Source: a virus. Taken from it: DNA of 37,835 bases. Positions 1-9,414 of the stretch are shown here, piece after piece. Positions within the stretch are counted from its first letter, which is position 1. The number at the start of each line of letters is the position of its first letter. Both the position numbers and the translations under genes were made by a program. The notes under the pieces were generated by a model. It saw only the letters and a program-made list of their open reading frames with translations, ran no database searches and was not told the DNA's origin. The DNA lies in the IMG/VR virus record IMGVR_UViG_3300025529_000020, positions 1 through 37,835 of that record; one strand, 5' to 3'.

Positions 1-127
1 GAGTCCCGATGTTGCCGGACGCGGTCTCGTGAACCACCCATCCCAGCCCCGCAGTCGGGAAATGCGCGACCCAGCGCACCTCGTTGATCCCGTGTCCCGC
101 TGCCTGCAGTCCCGGTGCCCACATGTA
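1..127. repeat. Terminal direct repeat: exact duplicate of 37709-37835 (circular-closure overlap)
   Basis: First 127 nt of the window are identical to the last 127 nt; the match ends at 128. Confidence 0.9.
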
Positions 128-385
128 GAACCGTGCCCACCAGGGACCGGACGAGGGCAGCGGTACGATCAGCCGCGGAGTGATACCGCGGTGGTGGCCC
201 GAGTCGATGCGTATCGTGTTCAGGTCGTGGACAGTGCGGGCGTCGTCATATACCGCTCGGCCGCCCACCGGTGGGTTCGCACTCTCAATGGTGACCTGAA
301 GGCGGGTAGAAGAGGTGGCAGCCAGGGATGCGTTGGTGGGGACCTCCTCAAGCGGCCCATACAAGCGGTTCTGGACCAACACCAT
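1..385 (-). CDS. 5' (N-terminal) part of junction-spanning tail protein gene; ATG at 385-383, continues into 37708-35982 (1-127 is the duplicated overlap)
   Basis: Manual translation of the minus strand from ATG at 385 is open through 122 (MVLVQNRLYGPLEEV...WWARFYM) and in frame with ORF 35982..37832; AAGGGGG Shine-Dalgarno upstream of the ATG. Confidence 0.6.
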   Translation of the reverse strand, partial: MVLVQNRLYGPLEEVPTNASLAATSSTRLQVTIESANPPVGGRAVYDDARTVHDLNTIRIDSGHHRGITPRLIVPLPSSGPWWARFYMWAPGLQAAGHGINEVRWVAHFPTAGLGWVVHETASGNIGT

Positions 386-400
386 AGGTCCCCCTTCCCA

Positions 401-742
401 CTACGGATTATCGGCGTAAATGTGCAGCGTCGTCACCTCGAGCGTTCCCGGACTGGAGAACGTCTCCGGACTCTCCAAGGTAAGATAGCCAAGAAACGTG
501 GTCCCATCCCACAGTCCCACGTAGTGCACCGTGGTGTCCCCGGGAACATTGAACGTGACCGGGCTGGATGTCTCTACGATGCCACCACTCGCGGAGCCCC
601 ACGTGATGCTCTGCCTCGTGTACCCACCACCGCTCACCTCGTTGGTGCCAGTCGACCCCGGGTTACCGGTGTGCAGGCTCGCAGTGCCAGCGTGCGTTAC
701 TGCGCCGTCAAGCGCGTAGTCGAAAAACTCGTCGGTAAACAT
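401..742 (-). CDS. Minor tail protein (113 aa), function unknown
   Basis: ORF in late operon between distal tail protein and tail fibre-like gene; start overlaps upstream stop (TGATG). Confidence 0.5.
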   Translation of the reverse strand: MFTDEFFDYALDGAVTHAGTASLHTGNPGSTGTNEVSGGGYTRQSITWGSASGGIVETSSPVTFNVPGDTTVHYVGLWDGTTFLGYLTLESPETFSSPGTLEVTTLHIYADNP

Positions 743-2118
743 CAGTCCTCCTCTTCCAACAGTGCCCCACGGTTGTAGCGGGAACGCAGTGTGCGGTAGA
801 CGAGCTGCGCGGACTCGCGATCCTCATAGAGCACACCACCATCCACCGCGGCCGCCTGCTGGATCAGCTCAAGCGGAACAGTGGGCTCCTGTGGGCCCAC
901 GGGCTGGGTGTCATCCAGGTCACCGATGCCGCGGAACGGGATTCCCGCTTCTGCGCATACCCGTTCGATGCGGCGACCTGCAGCCTCCCCTGCATGGCCG
1001 CGAAACGCGGACATCAGTTCCCCCAAATCAGGGCCGTTACCGTTCCACACGGCAATGTGACCTAGTCCAGCGTGTGTGGCGATCTGGTCATCGGGAACCC
1101 ACCAGTTGTAAGTCACAGCGGTGATAGGTCGTAGCGGCACGTTATCCTGTACACTCCGCAACAGCTGCCCATCGCGGTAGACCCGCACTACTACGTTGCT
1201 CCCCGACTGGGATACCGCAAGACGGTACATGTGGGGAGTCTCCGTGAACGATTCAGGGTCCGAGAAGCCACCGATGATGCTCACCACGGAGCTCGTGGTG
1301 GCTCCCAGCGTGTAGTATGTCACGAACAGTTCTTGGTACGCGTGGTCAAACCCCAGGTGCCACGAAATGTAGGGATCCGCGTTGGTCCCCGCGCCACCGG
1401 TTTCTATCTCCAGCGAGTCGAATCCACCGGGACCTACGCGGATAAAGTCGACTGCCCACGATGTCGAGCCCTGGTCGTAGATTTGACCACGCCACACACC
1501 GCGCTCGGCATCGGTCACCTTTGCCACCGGTGCCAGCCACTCGGCGAGCTCCTGTTCCTGATACTGGGGGCGACGGGCCGAGTCCCCCACATACACGACG
1601 GGGATGAACCGTCCGCCGCGGCCACTCACGCACGGTGCCCACCATGTCTCGGGCCCGTCCGTGAGCGGCCAGTAGGCGCGCGGAGACTGAGCCAGCAGGT
1701 ACCGATACAGCGCGTCCCTCAGCGGCTCAGCTCCCGCACCTAGACGACGGAGCACACCGGACGCCTCGACAGGTACGTACACGTCCCGACCGGACAGGTC
1801 CCACCGCGGTGGCCACGCAGAGATTTCCCCGAAAAACCGGGGGATCCGCCTTCCGCCCCACTCCACTGATACGCGGATCGGGGTGTTGCGGCCGATTTTC
1901 CGGTAGTACGGGGAGCGCGGATTTCGCGGAGAGTACTTCCCGTCCCGGTTGTTGAGGACAAACGAGCAGCTCCCGGGGTCCGTGTCCGTACCCTCGTCAC
2001 GTCGCCCCCGGGAGATCACGATGTCCTCACGGGTGTACACGTCTGAGGTGATGTCTACCCATTGCCCGTCTACGTAGATTTCCACGTGGACTGGTAGTGG
2101 TGTTGCCGGAAACGTCAT
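742..2118 (-). CDS. Minor/distal tail protein (about 458 aa)
   Basis: Large ORF directly downstream of tape measure gene; ATG at 2118 preceded by GGGGG RBS (ORF-track start at 2205 lies inside the tape measure gene). Confidence 0.55.
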   Translation of the reverse strand: MTFPATPLPVHVEIYVDGQWVDITSDVYTREDIVISRGRRDEGTDTDPGSCSFVLNNRDGKYSPRNPRSPYYRKIGRNTPIRVSVEWGGRRIPRFFGEISAWPPRWDLSGRDVYVPVEASGVLRRLGAGAEPLRDALYRYLLAQSPRAYWPLTDGPETWWAPCVSGRGGRFIPVVYVGDSARRPQYQEQELAEWLAPVAKVTDAERGVWRGQIYDQGSTSWAVDFIRVGPGGFDSLEIETGGAGTNADPYISWHLGFDHAYQELFVTYYTLGATTSSVVSIIGGFSDPESFTETPHMYRLAVSQSGSNVVVRVYRDGQLLRSVQDNVPLRPITAVTYNWWVPDDQIATHAGLGHIAVWNGNGPDLGELMSAFRGHAGEAAGRRIERVCAEAGIPFRGIGDLDDTQPVGPQEPTVPLELIQQAAAVDGGVLYEDRESAQLVYRTLRSRYNRGALLEEED

Positions 2119-2119
2119 G

Positions 2120-4291
2120 TCAACCCCCAAACGCGCGCTGAACGTCGCCGCGGCCACGCACGCGCACCATCTTCCGGATGAGACGTGCCATTTCCTCGTC
2201 CGCACCGGTCACGTTGATTTCCAGCGTGTGTGTCGTGGCACCAGCGTGCGAGACACTAGCCCGAACGTTGTGCGGGATTTCGTTGGTGACATCCCTCAGC
2301 GTGGAGCGTAGTCCGGGCAGCCCTGCAGTAATACCGTGTTCGAGACCGCCCATAATGGTGCGGCCGGTGTCAAACAGGAGCTGTCGGTCTACACGTTCCG
2401 GACCCTTCCAGTCCGGGATCATGTTGGTGACTTTATTGAACGTGGATTTGAGCGAGCCGATCATATTGTTGATGCCGTTAATTAGACCCCGGATAATGTT
2501 TTTACCTGCGGAGACGAGGAGGTTTTTCAGATTACCCACCGCGGACTTGATCTGACTGGGCAGTCTGCGCACACGTGCGATCAGCTGCTGAATCTGGTTA
2601 GCCGCGGCGGTCACCATGTTGCGGAAGAACGTTCCGACGCGACCTGGGATGGTTTTGAGGTTGTTGATGAAGCCCAAGACCTTTTGGATCCCGGAATTCA
2701 CGATGTTCTTCGCCCAGTCCATCGCGGACCGGAATGCAGCCACAATCGTGTCCCAGTGCTTGATAACCAGCCCGATCAGAGTCCAGTTCAGGAAGAGCTG
2801 TACAATCCAGTCCAACACGGACTTCAGGAAATTGACCAGCCAATCCCATGCGGCTTTCGCAGAATCCACGATCCAGTCCCACGCTGCGGACGCCGCGGCT
2901 TTGATTTCGTCCCAGTACATGATGCACAGCACGATCACCGCGATGAGCGCGATAATCGCCAGCACGATCCACGTAATGGGACTCGCCCACAGTGCAGCGT
3001 TAAACAGCATTTTCGCGGCCGCAGCGGCACGAAATATCGGTGCCAGGACTTTCAACACGGTCGCGATCTGCGAAATGGAGGAAATCAGCACTCCAGCCAC
3101 CACGAGGAGGGGACCGATCGCGGCCACAACCGCGGCGATGAGCGTCCCCCATTTGAGCAGCTCAGGGTTGGTTTCCCCCAGTTCCTGAACCCACTCTGCC
3201 ACCTTCTGGACCGCGGCGGTGACCCATTCAAGAAGCCCGGAGTTCGCCACCGCCAGTGCGAGACCTTCCATGGCGGACTCAAGGGTTTTGAGTGCACCGT
3301 TGAGACCCTCCATCTGAACGGATGCGATCTCTTCCGCGGTACCACCAGCGTTTTCCAACTCTGTGGTCAGTCCGGTGAGAGCCTCATGACCCTGATCAAG
3401 CAGTGCCTGCATACCGGGACCAGCCTCGACACCGAAAATGGTGATCATGTCGGCCGTGTCCGCACCTGCCTCTTCCAGTTGGCGAAGGATATCCGCCAAC
3501 GGAAGCATCTTTCCTGCAGAGTCCTGGACTTCAACCCCGAGACGCTCCAGAGTTTCCTGTACTTCACCGGTAGGCTTGATAAGGCGAGAAATCGCGCCAC
3601 GCAAGACCGTACCTGCCTGCTCACCCTGAATACCAGCGTTACCCAACAAACCGATCGCCGCTGAGACTTCCTCGAACTGCAGGCCAGCGCTGGCAGCGAC
3701 CGGGCCCACATATTTGAAGGAGTATCCCAGCATGTTCAGGTCTGTGTTGGTGCTGGTAAACGTCTTGGCCAGTACGTCGTTAACGCGGGCGAGATCCTCG
3801 ACTTCCATCCCGTACCCGGACATGATGTTGGTGACAATGTCCGCGGCATCCCCCAGCTCAAGTGCGCCTGCTGCAGCCAGGTTCAGAGTGTGGGGCAGGG
3901 CACCCATGATCTCGTCAGTTTCCATACCCGCCATGGCCAGGAAACCCATGGCATCGGCGGCTTCTGATGCACTGAATTGGGTAGTACGCCCCAACTCCAT
4001 GGCTAGGGCTTCCAGCTGCTCGAATTCCGCGCCTGTAGCACCGGACACCGCGCGGACACGGTTCATCCCAGCCTCGAAATCCCCAGCGGTTTTCAATACC
4101 GCGGCACCCATGCCTACGACGGGAGTCGTCACTCCCATCGTCAACGATTTACCGACACTGGTGAGCTGTTCTCCGGTGCGGGCAAGGCGTTGCATCGAAG
4201 AATTCGTTTTCTCCGCAACGCCCTCCAACCCCTTGTCTAGTGATTTCGTGTCGACACCGATGCTGACTAGCAGTTCTGCCAGTGTGGCCAT
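2120..4291 (-). CDS. Tape measure protein (723 aa)
   Basis: Long Ala/Gly-rich protein with central hydrophobic segment, positioned after the tail chaperone genes; ATG with AAAGGGGGA RBS. Confidence 0.8.
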   Translation of the reverse strand: MATLAELLVSIGVDTKSLDKGLEGVAEKTNSSMQRLARTGEQLTSVGKSLTMGVTTPVVGMGAAVLKTAGDFEAGMNRVRAVSGATGAEFEQLEALAMELGRTTQFSASEAADAMGFLAMAGMETDEIMGALPHTLNLAAAGALELGDAADIVTNIMSGYGMEVEDLARVNDVLAKTFTSTNTDLNMLGYSFKYVGPVAASAGLQFEEVSAAIGLLGNAGIQGEQAGTVLRGAISRLIKPTGEVQETLERLGVEVQDSAGKMLPLADILRQLEEAGADTADMITIFGVEAGPGMQALLDQGHEALTGLTTELENAGGTAEEIASVQMEGLNGALKTLESAMEGLALAVANSGLLEWVTAAVQKVAEWVQELGETNPELLKWGTLIAAVVAAIGPLLVVAGVLISSISQIATVLKVLAPIFRAAAAAKMLFNAALWASPITWIVLAIIALIAVIVLCIMYWDEIKAAASAAWDWIVDSAKAAWDWLVNFLKSVLDWIVQLFLNWTLIGLVIKHWDTIVAAFRSAMDWAKNIVNSGIQKVLGFINNLKTIPGRVGTFFRNMVTAAANQIQQLIARVRRLPSQIKSAVGNLKNLLVSAGKNIIRGLINGINNMIGSLKSTFNKVTNMIPDWKGPERVDRQLLFDTGRTIMGGLEHGITAGLPGLRSTLRDVTNEIPHNVRASVSHAGATTHTLEINVTGADEEMARLIRKMVRVRGRGDVQRAFGG

Positions 4292-4309
4292 GCAGCATCC
4301 CCCTTTCTG

Positions 4310-5010
4310 CTAGTCAGCGCTTTTCCCGCGCGAAGAACCTCCTAGGGACGTATTAATCGCACGCACCACAGCCAATTGTTCTTCCCACGTCTGGGATTTT
4401 CGAGCATCCCACTGTGGCAAATAGTCTTTGGGAGTTACGCGCTTGCCCTTCTTTGTCTGCGCAGCATTGTGCACTGTGGAGGCAATCATCGCGGCCAGAA
4501 CATCATCACGAGGTCCGCCGAGTGGGCCCTCTACCTGTTCGTAAGCAGCCCACTCCGCCAACTCGCGAGAGTCGATCCGCTCCAGCAGTTCGCGCACAGT
4601 CATTCCCAAGTGCGCTGCCAAGCGGAAATAGAATCTCCGTTCTGGCCTTACTCGGAATTTTTTACGTATGTCTCCACGTCTTGCCGAGTCAAACCGGAAA
4701 GCCGCTGCGCAACCTCAAACAAGCGGGCTAGCACATCCCCGGATTTTTCGCCGAGTGCCTTAATGTCCGCGTCGGAAAACAGACGCTCACCCTGCTCGTT
4801 CACGAGCGTTTGCGCAAGCAGTCGAGCGCGGAAATTCCGGAACCGTTGCGGGGAAGGTTTTCCATCCGGGCCAATCATGGAGGCCTCAAACGCGTCCCGT
4901 TCCGCGCCAGACAGGCCGCGGATGCGAACGCGGCCGCCCCATTCGGGGACTTCCACATCCTCATACGGCCGGTCCTGTGCGGCAAGAATTTGGTCTTTAG
5001 TGAGCAGCAT
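4310..5010 (-). CDS. Tail assembly chaperone -1 frameshift fusion product (G-T-like)
   Basis: The -1 frame is open from 4714 to 4310 and overlaps the last 22 codons of the chaperone; slippery heptamer at 4657-4663. Confidence 0.55.
4648..5010 (-). CDS. Tail assembly chaperone (G-like)
   Basis: 120-aa ORF between major tail protein and tape measure; ends just after an AAAAAAT slippery run. Confidence 0.65.
   Translation of the reverse strand: MLLTKDQILAAQDRPYEDVEVPEWGGRVRIRGLSGAERDAFEASMIGPDGKPSPQRFRNFRARLLAQTLVNEQGERLFSDADIKALGEKSGDVLARLFEVAQRLSGLTRQDVETYVKNSE
4657..4663 (-). other. Putative -1 programmed ribosomal frameshift slippery heptamer A_AAA_AAT
   Basis: Minus-strand sequence GTA AAA AAT TCC GAG TAA; a shift by -1 gives KKFRVRPERRFYFR continuing into ORF 4310..4621. 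Confidence 0.55.
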
Positions 5011-5038
5011 ACTGCCTCCTTATTCGAAATTCTCCCTA

Positions 5039-5488
5039 TCAGCCAATCACGGCGGGCGGCTCTTCGAACTCCGATGCAGGCCCAAACACCGGCTTACCGG
5101 TGAGTCGGAACGTGAGAGATGCCTCAGCCTTGTCATCAAATGGGGCTTCCACCTCAAATCCCGACAGGAACGCTTCGAACTCCCACGTGGTGTTGTCGGG
5201 GTCCGGGAACACGATGCGGTATCGCCGCACCGAGTCGTTGAAATCGTCAAACAGGGGATTGTGAACCCCAGGCACATAGTTCACGTCAATAGAGACTTCA
5301 CCGGGGTCTTTCAGACCGCCGATGAATTCTCGCCAACCATCCGCAGAGTCGTGGCTTGTTACCTCGATCTCTTCACGTTCCGCACTCGGACCGGAAATCG
5401 ACGTAACATTTGCCACGTGCTCAAACTCATCGGTGAGGTCGTTGAACCGCAGAAACTTGGTCCCGTGCGCATCCATACCACTAGCCAT
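5039..5488 (-). CDS. Major tail (tube) protein
   Basis: 149-aa ORF immediately upstream of the chaperone pair in canonical siphovirus order. Confidence 0.6.
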   Translation of the reverse strand: MASGMDAHGTKFLRFNDLTDEFEHVANVTSISGPSAEREEIEVTSHDSADGWREFIGGLKDPGEVSIDVNYVPGVHNPLFDDFNDSVRRYRIVFPDPDNTTWEFEAFLSGFEVEAPFDDKAEASLTFRLTGKPVFGPASEFEEPPAVIG

Positions 5489-5501
5489 GGCTTGTCCTCC
5501 T

Positions 5502-5903
5502 TTAGCGAGCCACGATCACGGAAAACTGAATAGGGACATGTCGCAGACTAGGATCCGGATCATGCAACATCTCCACGAGCTCCAGGCGTGTTGCGATATG
5601 CTCCCATCCGTCAACCACTAGCGGTTGATGATCCAGCAGCTGACACACGCGGTCGGCAATCTCCAGTGCTTCCGCGAAACCGCGGTACCGGGACCACACG
5701 TGAAGCGTTACACGGACCTCGCGGCCGAAGCCGGTCAGGTAGTTGTCAGGGAGCAGCGTGCCTTCCCCGATCACCACATACGGAAACTCGGTACCCTCAG
5801 GAACGTCGTCAAACACCCCGGAAACGAGCGCTTGTAATTCGGCATCCTCAACCAGCGTGCGGTATATCGCACGCTGAACAGCCAGTGCAGGAAGCATGGC
5901 CAC
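5502..5903 (-). CDS. Tail terminator / tail completion protein
   Basis: Position between HK97 gp10-like gene and major tail gene; size typical. Confidence 0.5.
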   Translation of the reverse strand: MAMLPALAVQRAIYRTLVEDAELQALVSGVFDDVPEGTEFPYVVIGEGTLLPDNYLTGFGREVRVTLHVWSRYRGFAEALEIADRVCQLLDHQPLVVDGWEHIATRLELVEMLHDPDPSLRHVPIQFSVIVAR

Positions 5904-5907
5904 TCCC

Positions 5908-6291
5908 TCACTTAGGCAACGCCTTCTTTATCGCCTTACGCAGTCGCTGAGGGAATTTCTCCCTCTCCTTGTCCGCAGCGGGACGTGCGAAAGGCTGGGC
6001 TCTCATTTTCGAGGTCCCGAATTCCTGCCAATAACCGTAGTGGGCCTTATTGCCGGAACGGGGACCAACGTCCGCGATAATGTTGTGCTTGTCGGAACGC
6101 GAAGTGATCACCGATTTCAAGTGCCCAGTATTCACGGGGACCCGCTTCAACATTTCCGATTTCACAGCGCGCGCTGATGCGCGCACCGCATTCAACGCCT
6201 CCTCACGAGCGTCACCCTTCAATTTGCGGCACGCGGCATACAGGTCGTCAATGCCTTCGACCACCACGTGAAAACCCTTCTTCTTGGCCAC
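5908..6291 (-). CDS. HK97 gp10-like tail-component protein
   Basis: Position and size; lysine-rich termini typical of the family. Confidence 0.45.
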   Translation of the reverse strand: MAKKKGFHVVVEGIDDLYAACRKLKGDAREEALNAVRASARAVKSEMLKRVPVNTGHLKSVITSRSDKHNIIADVGPRSGNKAHYGYWQEFGTSKMRAQPFARPAADKEREKFPQRLRKAIKKALPK

Positions 6292-6632
6292 TACATACCC
6301 CCTTCAGCCTCCACCTGGTGACAGTCCGCGCGCAGATACACCGCCACTGAAGGGCGTACCGTGGCCACTACGCGGAGACGCTGCCCTGTATCCGGATCCC
6401 GCAACTCATCCCCACGCCGCACGTCCGCATCGGGAGCGCAGTACACCGGGGTCGGTGCTTCTGCTCCCATCTGCATGGCGATCGCACGTTCCGTAGGCCG
6501 TGGCTGAGAAACGCGGCAAGGGACTGTGGCCACGTATTCCCACGTGGTCACACGTCCCCCTGCACCATCGTCCACCAGGCGTTTGCGGTACACCTCCCGC
6601 CGAGACACCAACAGCTGCCCTACCGCCACCAT
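6291..6632 (-). CDS. Head-tail joining (head closure) protein
   Basis: 113-aa ORF in connector region; start overlaps upstream stop. Confidence 0.5.
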   Translation of the reverse strand: MVAVGQLLVSRREVYRKRLVDDGAGGRVTTWEYVATVPCRVSQPRPTERAIAMQMGAEAPTPVYCAPDADVRRGDELRDPDTGQRLRVVATVRPSVAVYLRADCHQVEAEGGM

Positions 6633-7048
6633 GGGACCTCATCCCCTCGTCGACGTTCTGGGGGAGGGCCGTACGCAGACAGCCTGCTCCGGTCACGCGC
6701 TGTCCAGTGTTGGCGTATCGGCACCGTCATCACCCCACCGTGTCCCATCACACGCGCGATCTCCGCGCGCTCGTCCGGGGACAACACGGTGCCGACCGGG
6801 CGACCATCCGCACGCCACGTGTAGTCCCCGATGGTTTCCGATGAAACCCCCAGCGGGTTAGCGAACGTGCGTATGGCGACACGAAGCACGATAGGCTCCA
6901 ACGCGGCGGGAAGCGGGGCATCGACTGACAGCCCCGCTTCCACACGCACCGCGGTCTCGGCGTCTTCCAACGCCGCTTGGACACGCTCGTGCTCCGTGTC
7001 AGGCACCGGTTGGGGATACCGCGCGAGAAACTGCTGTACAGTTGGCAC
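6620..7048 (-). CDS. Head-tail connector protein (gp6-like)
   Basis: 142-aa ORF directly downstream of major capsid gene. Confidence 0.5.
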   Translation of the reverse strand: MPTVQQFLARYPQPVPDTEHERVQAALEDAETAVRVEAGLSVDAPLPAALEPIVLRVAIRTFANPLGVSSETIGDYTWRADGRPVGTVLSPDERAEIARVMGHGGVMTVPIRQHWTARDRSRLSAYGPPPERRRGDEVPWWR

Positions 7049-7064
7049 GGTATCTCACCACCTA

Positions 7065-8084
7065 TCAGTCGTTGCTTCCGCCGTTACCGTTACCGTTACC
7101 AGGGTCACCAGGGTCACCAGGGTCTTCATCTTCCTGGATCACGGCCGCGACCGCGCGCAGCATGGTCGGGTTCTCCATGTCCACAGTTTTGGCACCGTCA
7201 GCGTCATACGTGATCTCGGGGTCGAGAGTCTCTCCCACGCCGACAAACGTGGACAAAACCGACCGGTCGCGAGCTGTTGCGCTGTTGTAGTCGCGCAGAG
7301 CACGCATGGCCACGCCAGCGTAGGAAATACTGGAGCCAGAAACTGCGCCCTCAGGAACACGCGGTGCCCGAGTCACCAGCGTGTACGCGCTGGGATGCAG
7401 TGCCACCATGCGGTCGGGGTCGATCGCTGGGGACACCACCACGCGGAAGCCGTACAGGTTCCCCAGTTCCGCGGCCCGCAGCGCACTCGCATCGCCCGCA
7501 TAGCTGGCGCGAGTCAGGTTCGGATCTTGGAGAAGGTAGCCCTCGACATCCACACCAACAACAAGCACGCGGCCAGTCATCGGCACGCTACGCGCGTTCA
7601 GGATCTTGCGCAGTTCGGTGATAGCCCTACGGACCTTGCCACCGCCCAGATCGTCCGGGGTACCGCTCACCGTAAACGCCGGTGTCAGTCCGTTGAATTT
7701 CGCGGCGATCAGCGATTCAACACGGTCAGCAATCGCGCGAGTCTGCGGAGCCAGCACCTGAGCACCAAAATCCACGATGTCAAGAGTCAGCTCCGCATCA
7801 GTCAGGTCCACCGCCGAGTAAATGTGGTGCTGCAGCGAGACCGAAATACTACCTTCCTCCAGATCCTCAGTCTGGAGCTGGTAGCTCGAGCCCTGCATGT
7901 CCCGCAGAGCTTCGATGGTACCCGACAGCAACGACGGTCGCTTGATGTTGACAGTATCGCCGCGGGCACCGGTGAACTCTGCCCCAGCGTCGCGGCCAAC
8001 CAGCGCGGTCAGAACCAGCTCACGTTCAAGCAGGCCAACTGCGGCCGACGCCCACTTCTCAGCTTTCACAATATTATGAGCCAT
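7065..8084 (-). CDS. Major capsid protein (HK97-fold type) with Gly/Asp/Pro/Asn-rich C-terminal tail
   Basis: 339-aa ORF after the scaffold gene; C-terminus DPGDPGDPGNGNGNGG encoded by short tandem DNA repeats. Confidence 0.75.
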   Translation of the reverse strand: MAHNIVKAEKWASAAVGLLERELVLTALVGRDAGAEFTGARGDTVNIKRPSLLSGTIEALRDMQGSSYQLQTEDLEEGSISVSLQHHIYSAVDLTDAELTLDIVDFGAQVLAPQTRAIADRVESLIAAKFNGLTPAFTVSGTPDDLGGGKVRRAITELRKILNARSVPMTGRVLVVGVDVEGYLLQDPNLTRASYAGDASALRAAELGNLYGFRVVVSPAIDPDRMVALHPSAYTLVTRAPRVPEGAVSGSSISYAGVAMRALRDYNSATARDRSVLSTFVGVGETLDPEITYDADGAKTVDMENPTMLRAVAAVIQEDEDPGDPGDPGNGNGNGGSND

Positions 8085-8101
8085 GTGTTAGCTCCCCCTT
8101 C

Positions 8102-8659
8102 CTAGTACGGAAGCCGCTTACGAATGGCTTCCGCCAACTCGGCGGGACTCGGGTTGGAGCCCACACCGCCACGTCCCGGCGCATCTCCCTGTGCCGGTTT
8201 CGGACGAGTCACCAGTGCGGGTTTCTGCCTTTCGGCCAGTGCCTCAGCGACCGCGGCAGCAGCGTCCCGCAACTCTTCCTCACTGTCACCGCTCAGCCGC
8301 TCCACTACGGCAAGCGGAACCCCGGTTTGTTCGGCCACTCGGGCACGCACAGCCGTCATGCGCTCCTGATGCCACCGTTCTTCCAACTCGGCGATCCGTT
8401 GCAACGCCTGCTGCAACGGATCCTTGGCATCCTGTTCCTCAGGATTCTTCCGGTCCTCATCGGAGCGAGACTCCGGTGACGTGTTCGCGCTCGTCTTTTG
8501 CTGCAGCTCAGCCAGCCGCCGTTTCAGCGTGGCAATCTCCACATCACGGGGATCCGGACGACGCGGAGCGGCCTCCTTCTGAGGGACCTCCTCAGCAGGC
8601 GCGTCACCGCTAGCATCCCGAGTAGGTTCCCTGGTAGTGGTGGTGTCCTCAGACATCAT
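8102..8659 (-). CDS. Scaffolding protein
   Basis: Acidic, coiled-coil-like 185-aa protein between head morphogenesis and capsid genes. Confidence 0.6.
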   Translation of the reverse strand: MMSEDTTTTREPTRDASGDAPAEEVPQKEAAPRRPDPRDVEIATLKRRLAELQQKTSANTSPESRSDEDRKNPEEQDAKDPLQQALQRIAELEERWHQERMTAVRARVAEQTGVPLAVVERLSGDSEEELRDAAAAVAEALAERQKPALVTRPKPAQGDAPGRGGVGSNPSPAELAEAIRKRLPY

Positions 8660-9414
8660 GCATCACCTTCTCCTGCCTCGTCTTCCTTACGCCGCTGCTG
8701 TTCCAACTCACGGCGAAACGCGTTCAGGTTGGCATATTCAAGGTTGTCCCACATTGTCGCGTACTGCTGGGACGTTGGATGCAACCGGTAGCGACCCCTG
8801 CCAAAATACGGCTCAACAGTGCACTTGCAACCACGGTGCCAATGCCGCCCTGCCCCTGCAGCCCACGCGGACGAGTACACGGGACCGCGGGATGCCAACA
8901 TTGCGCAGAACGCACAACAGCGCGCACGCGCGATCCTTGCCCACCTCACTCGGCGTGGCTCCGCCTGCATGAGCGCGGCCAACGCGGTACGGCCACCCGC
9001 CATGGACGTGCGCGTAGCATCCAGACTCAGCGCTACAAGTGAACGCCGAGCAGCAGCCTCTTCAGCAAGCCCATCCTCCACGAGCGCGGTGACATACGCC
9101 GGACCCCAACGCGTCACCGACTCGCTCCATGCCCACGGATCCAGCTGATCCAGGATCACGGACGTGAACGGGTCTTGCACACCCTCGGCCGCACGAAACC
9201 GCTCATAGTACCTTTGCGCTGTTTCCGCGGACAACCGATACGCGGACGCTACCTCAGGAGCCTGCTCCGCCACCCATGAAGCGAACGCTGCAGGATCAAA
9301 CGCAACCTCGTCAGTCCACTCCGCCTCAAATGAACGGAGCAGGCTCTCCAGAATACCTAACTGAGCGGTGCGATGCGCTTCAGTGAGCACCGCACCAGCC
9401 TCAGTCACCGCCAC
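8656..9414 (-). CDS. Head morphogenesis / minor capsid protein (SPP1 gp7 / Mu F-like)
   Basis: Position immediately after portal; conserved His/Cys cluster (HWHRGCKC). Confidence 0.55.
   Translation of the reverse strand: MAVTEAGAVLTEAHRTAQLGILESLLRSFEAEWTDEVAFDPAAFASWVAEQAPEVASAYRLSAETAQRYYERFRAAEGVQDPFTSVILDQLDPWAWSESVTRWGPAYVTALVEDGLAEEAAARRSLVALSLDATRTSMAGGRTALAALMQAEPRRVRWARIARARCCAFCAMLASRGPVYSSAWAAGAGRHWHRGCKCTVEPYFGRGRYRLHPTSQQYATMWDNLEYANLNAFRRELEQQRRKEDEAGEGDA

Noticed and set aside
29-778. Plus-strand ORF of 249 aa at the window start
   Set aside because: Antisense to the minus-strand minor tail gene and the junction-spanning tail gene; Arg/Pro-rich composition typical of a spurious reverse-frame ORF in GC-rich DNA.
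2684-3664. Plus-strand ORF of 326 aa
   Set aside because: Lies inside the tape measure gene on the opposite strand; low-complexity Arg/His/Asp-rich product.
4376-5533. Plus-strand ORF of 385 aa
   Set aside because: Antisense to the tail chaperone and major tail genes; Ser/Arg-rich spurious frame.
6831-8105. Plus-strand ORF of 424 aa
   Set aside because: Entirely antisense to the major capsid gene, which has a coherent composition and operon context; no RBS or promoter.
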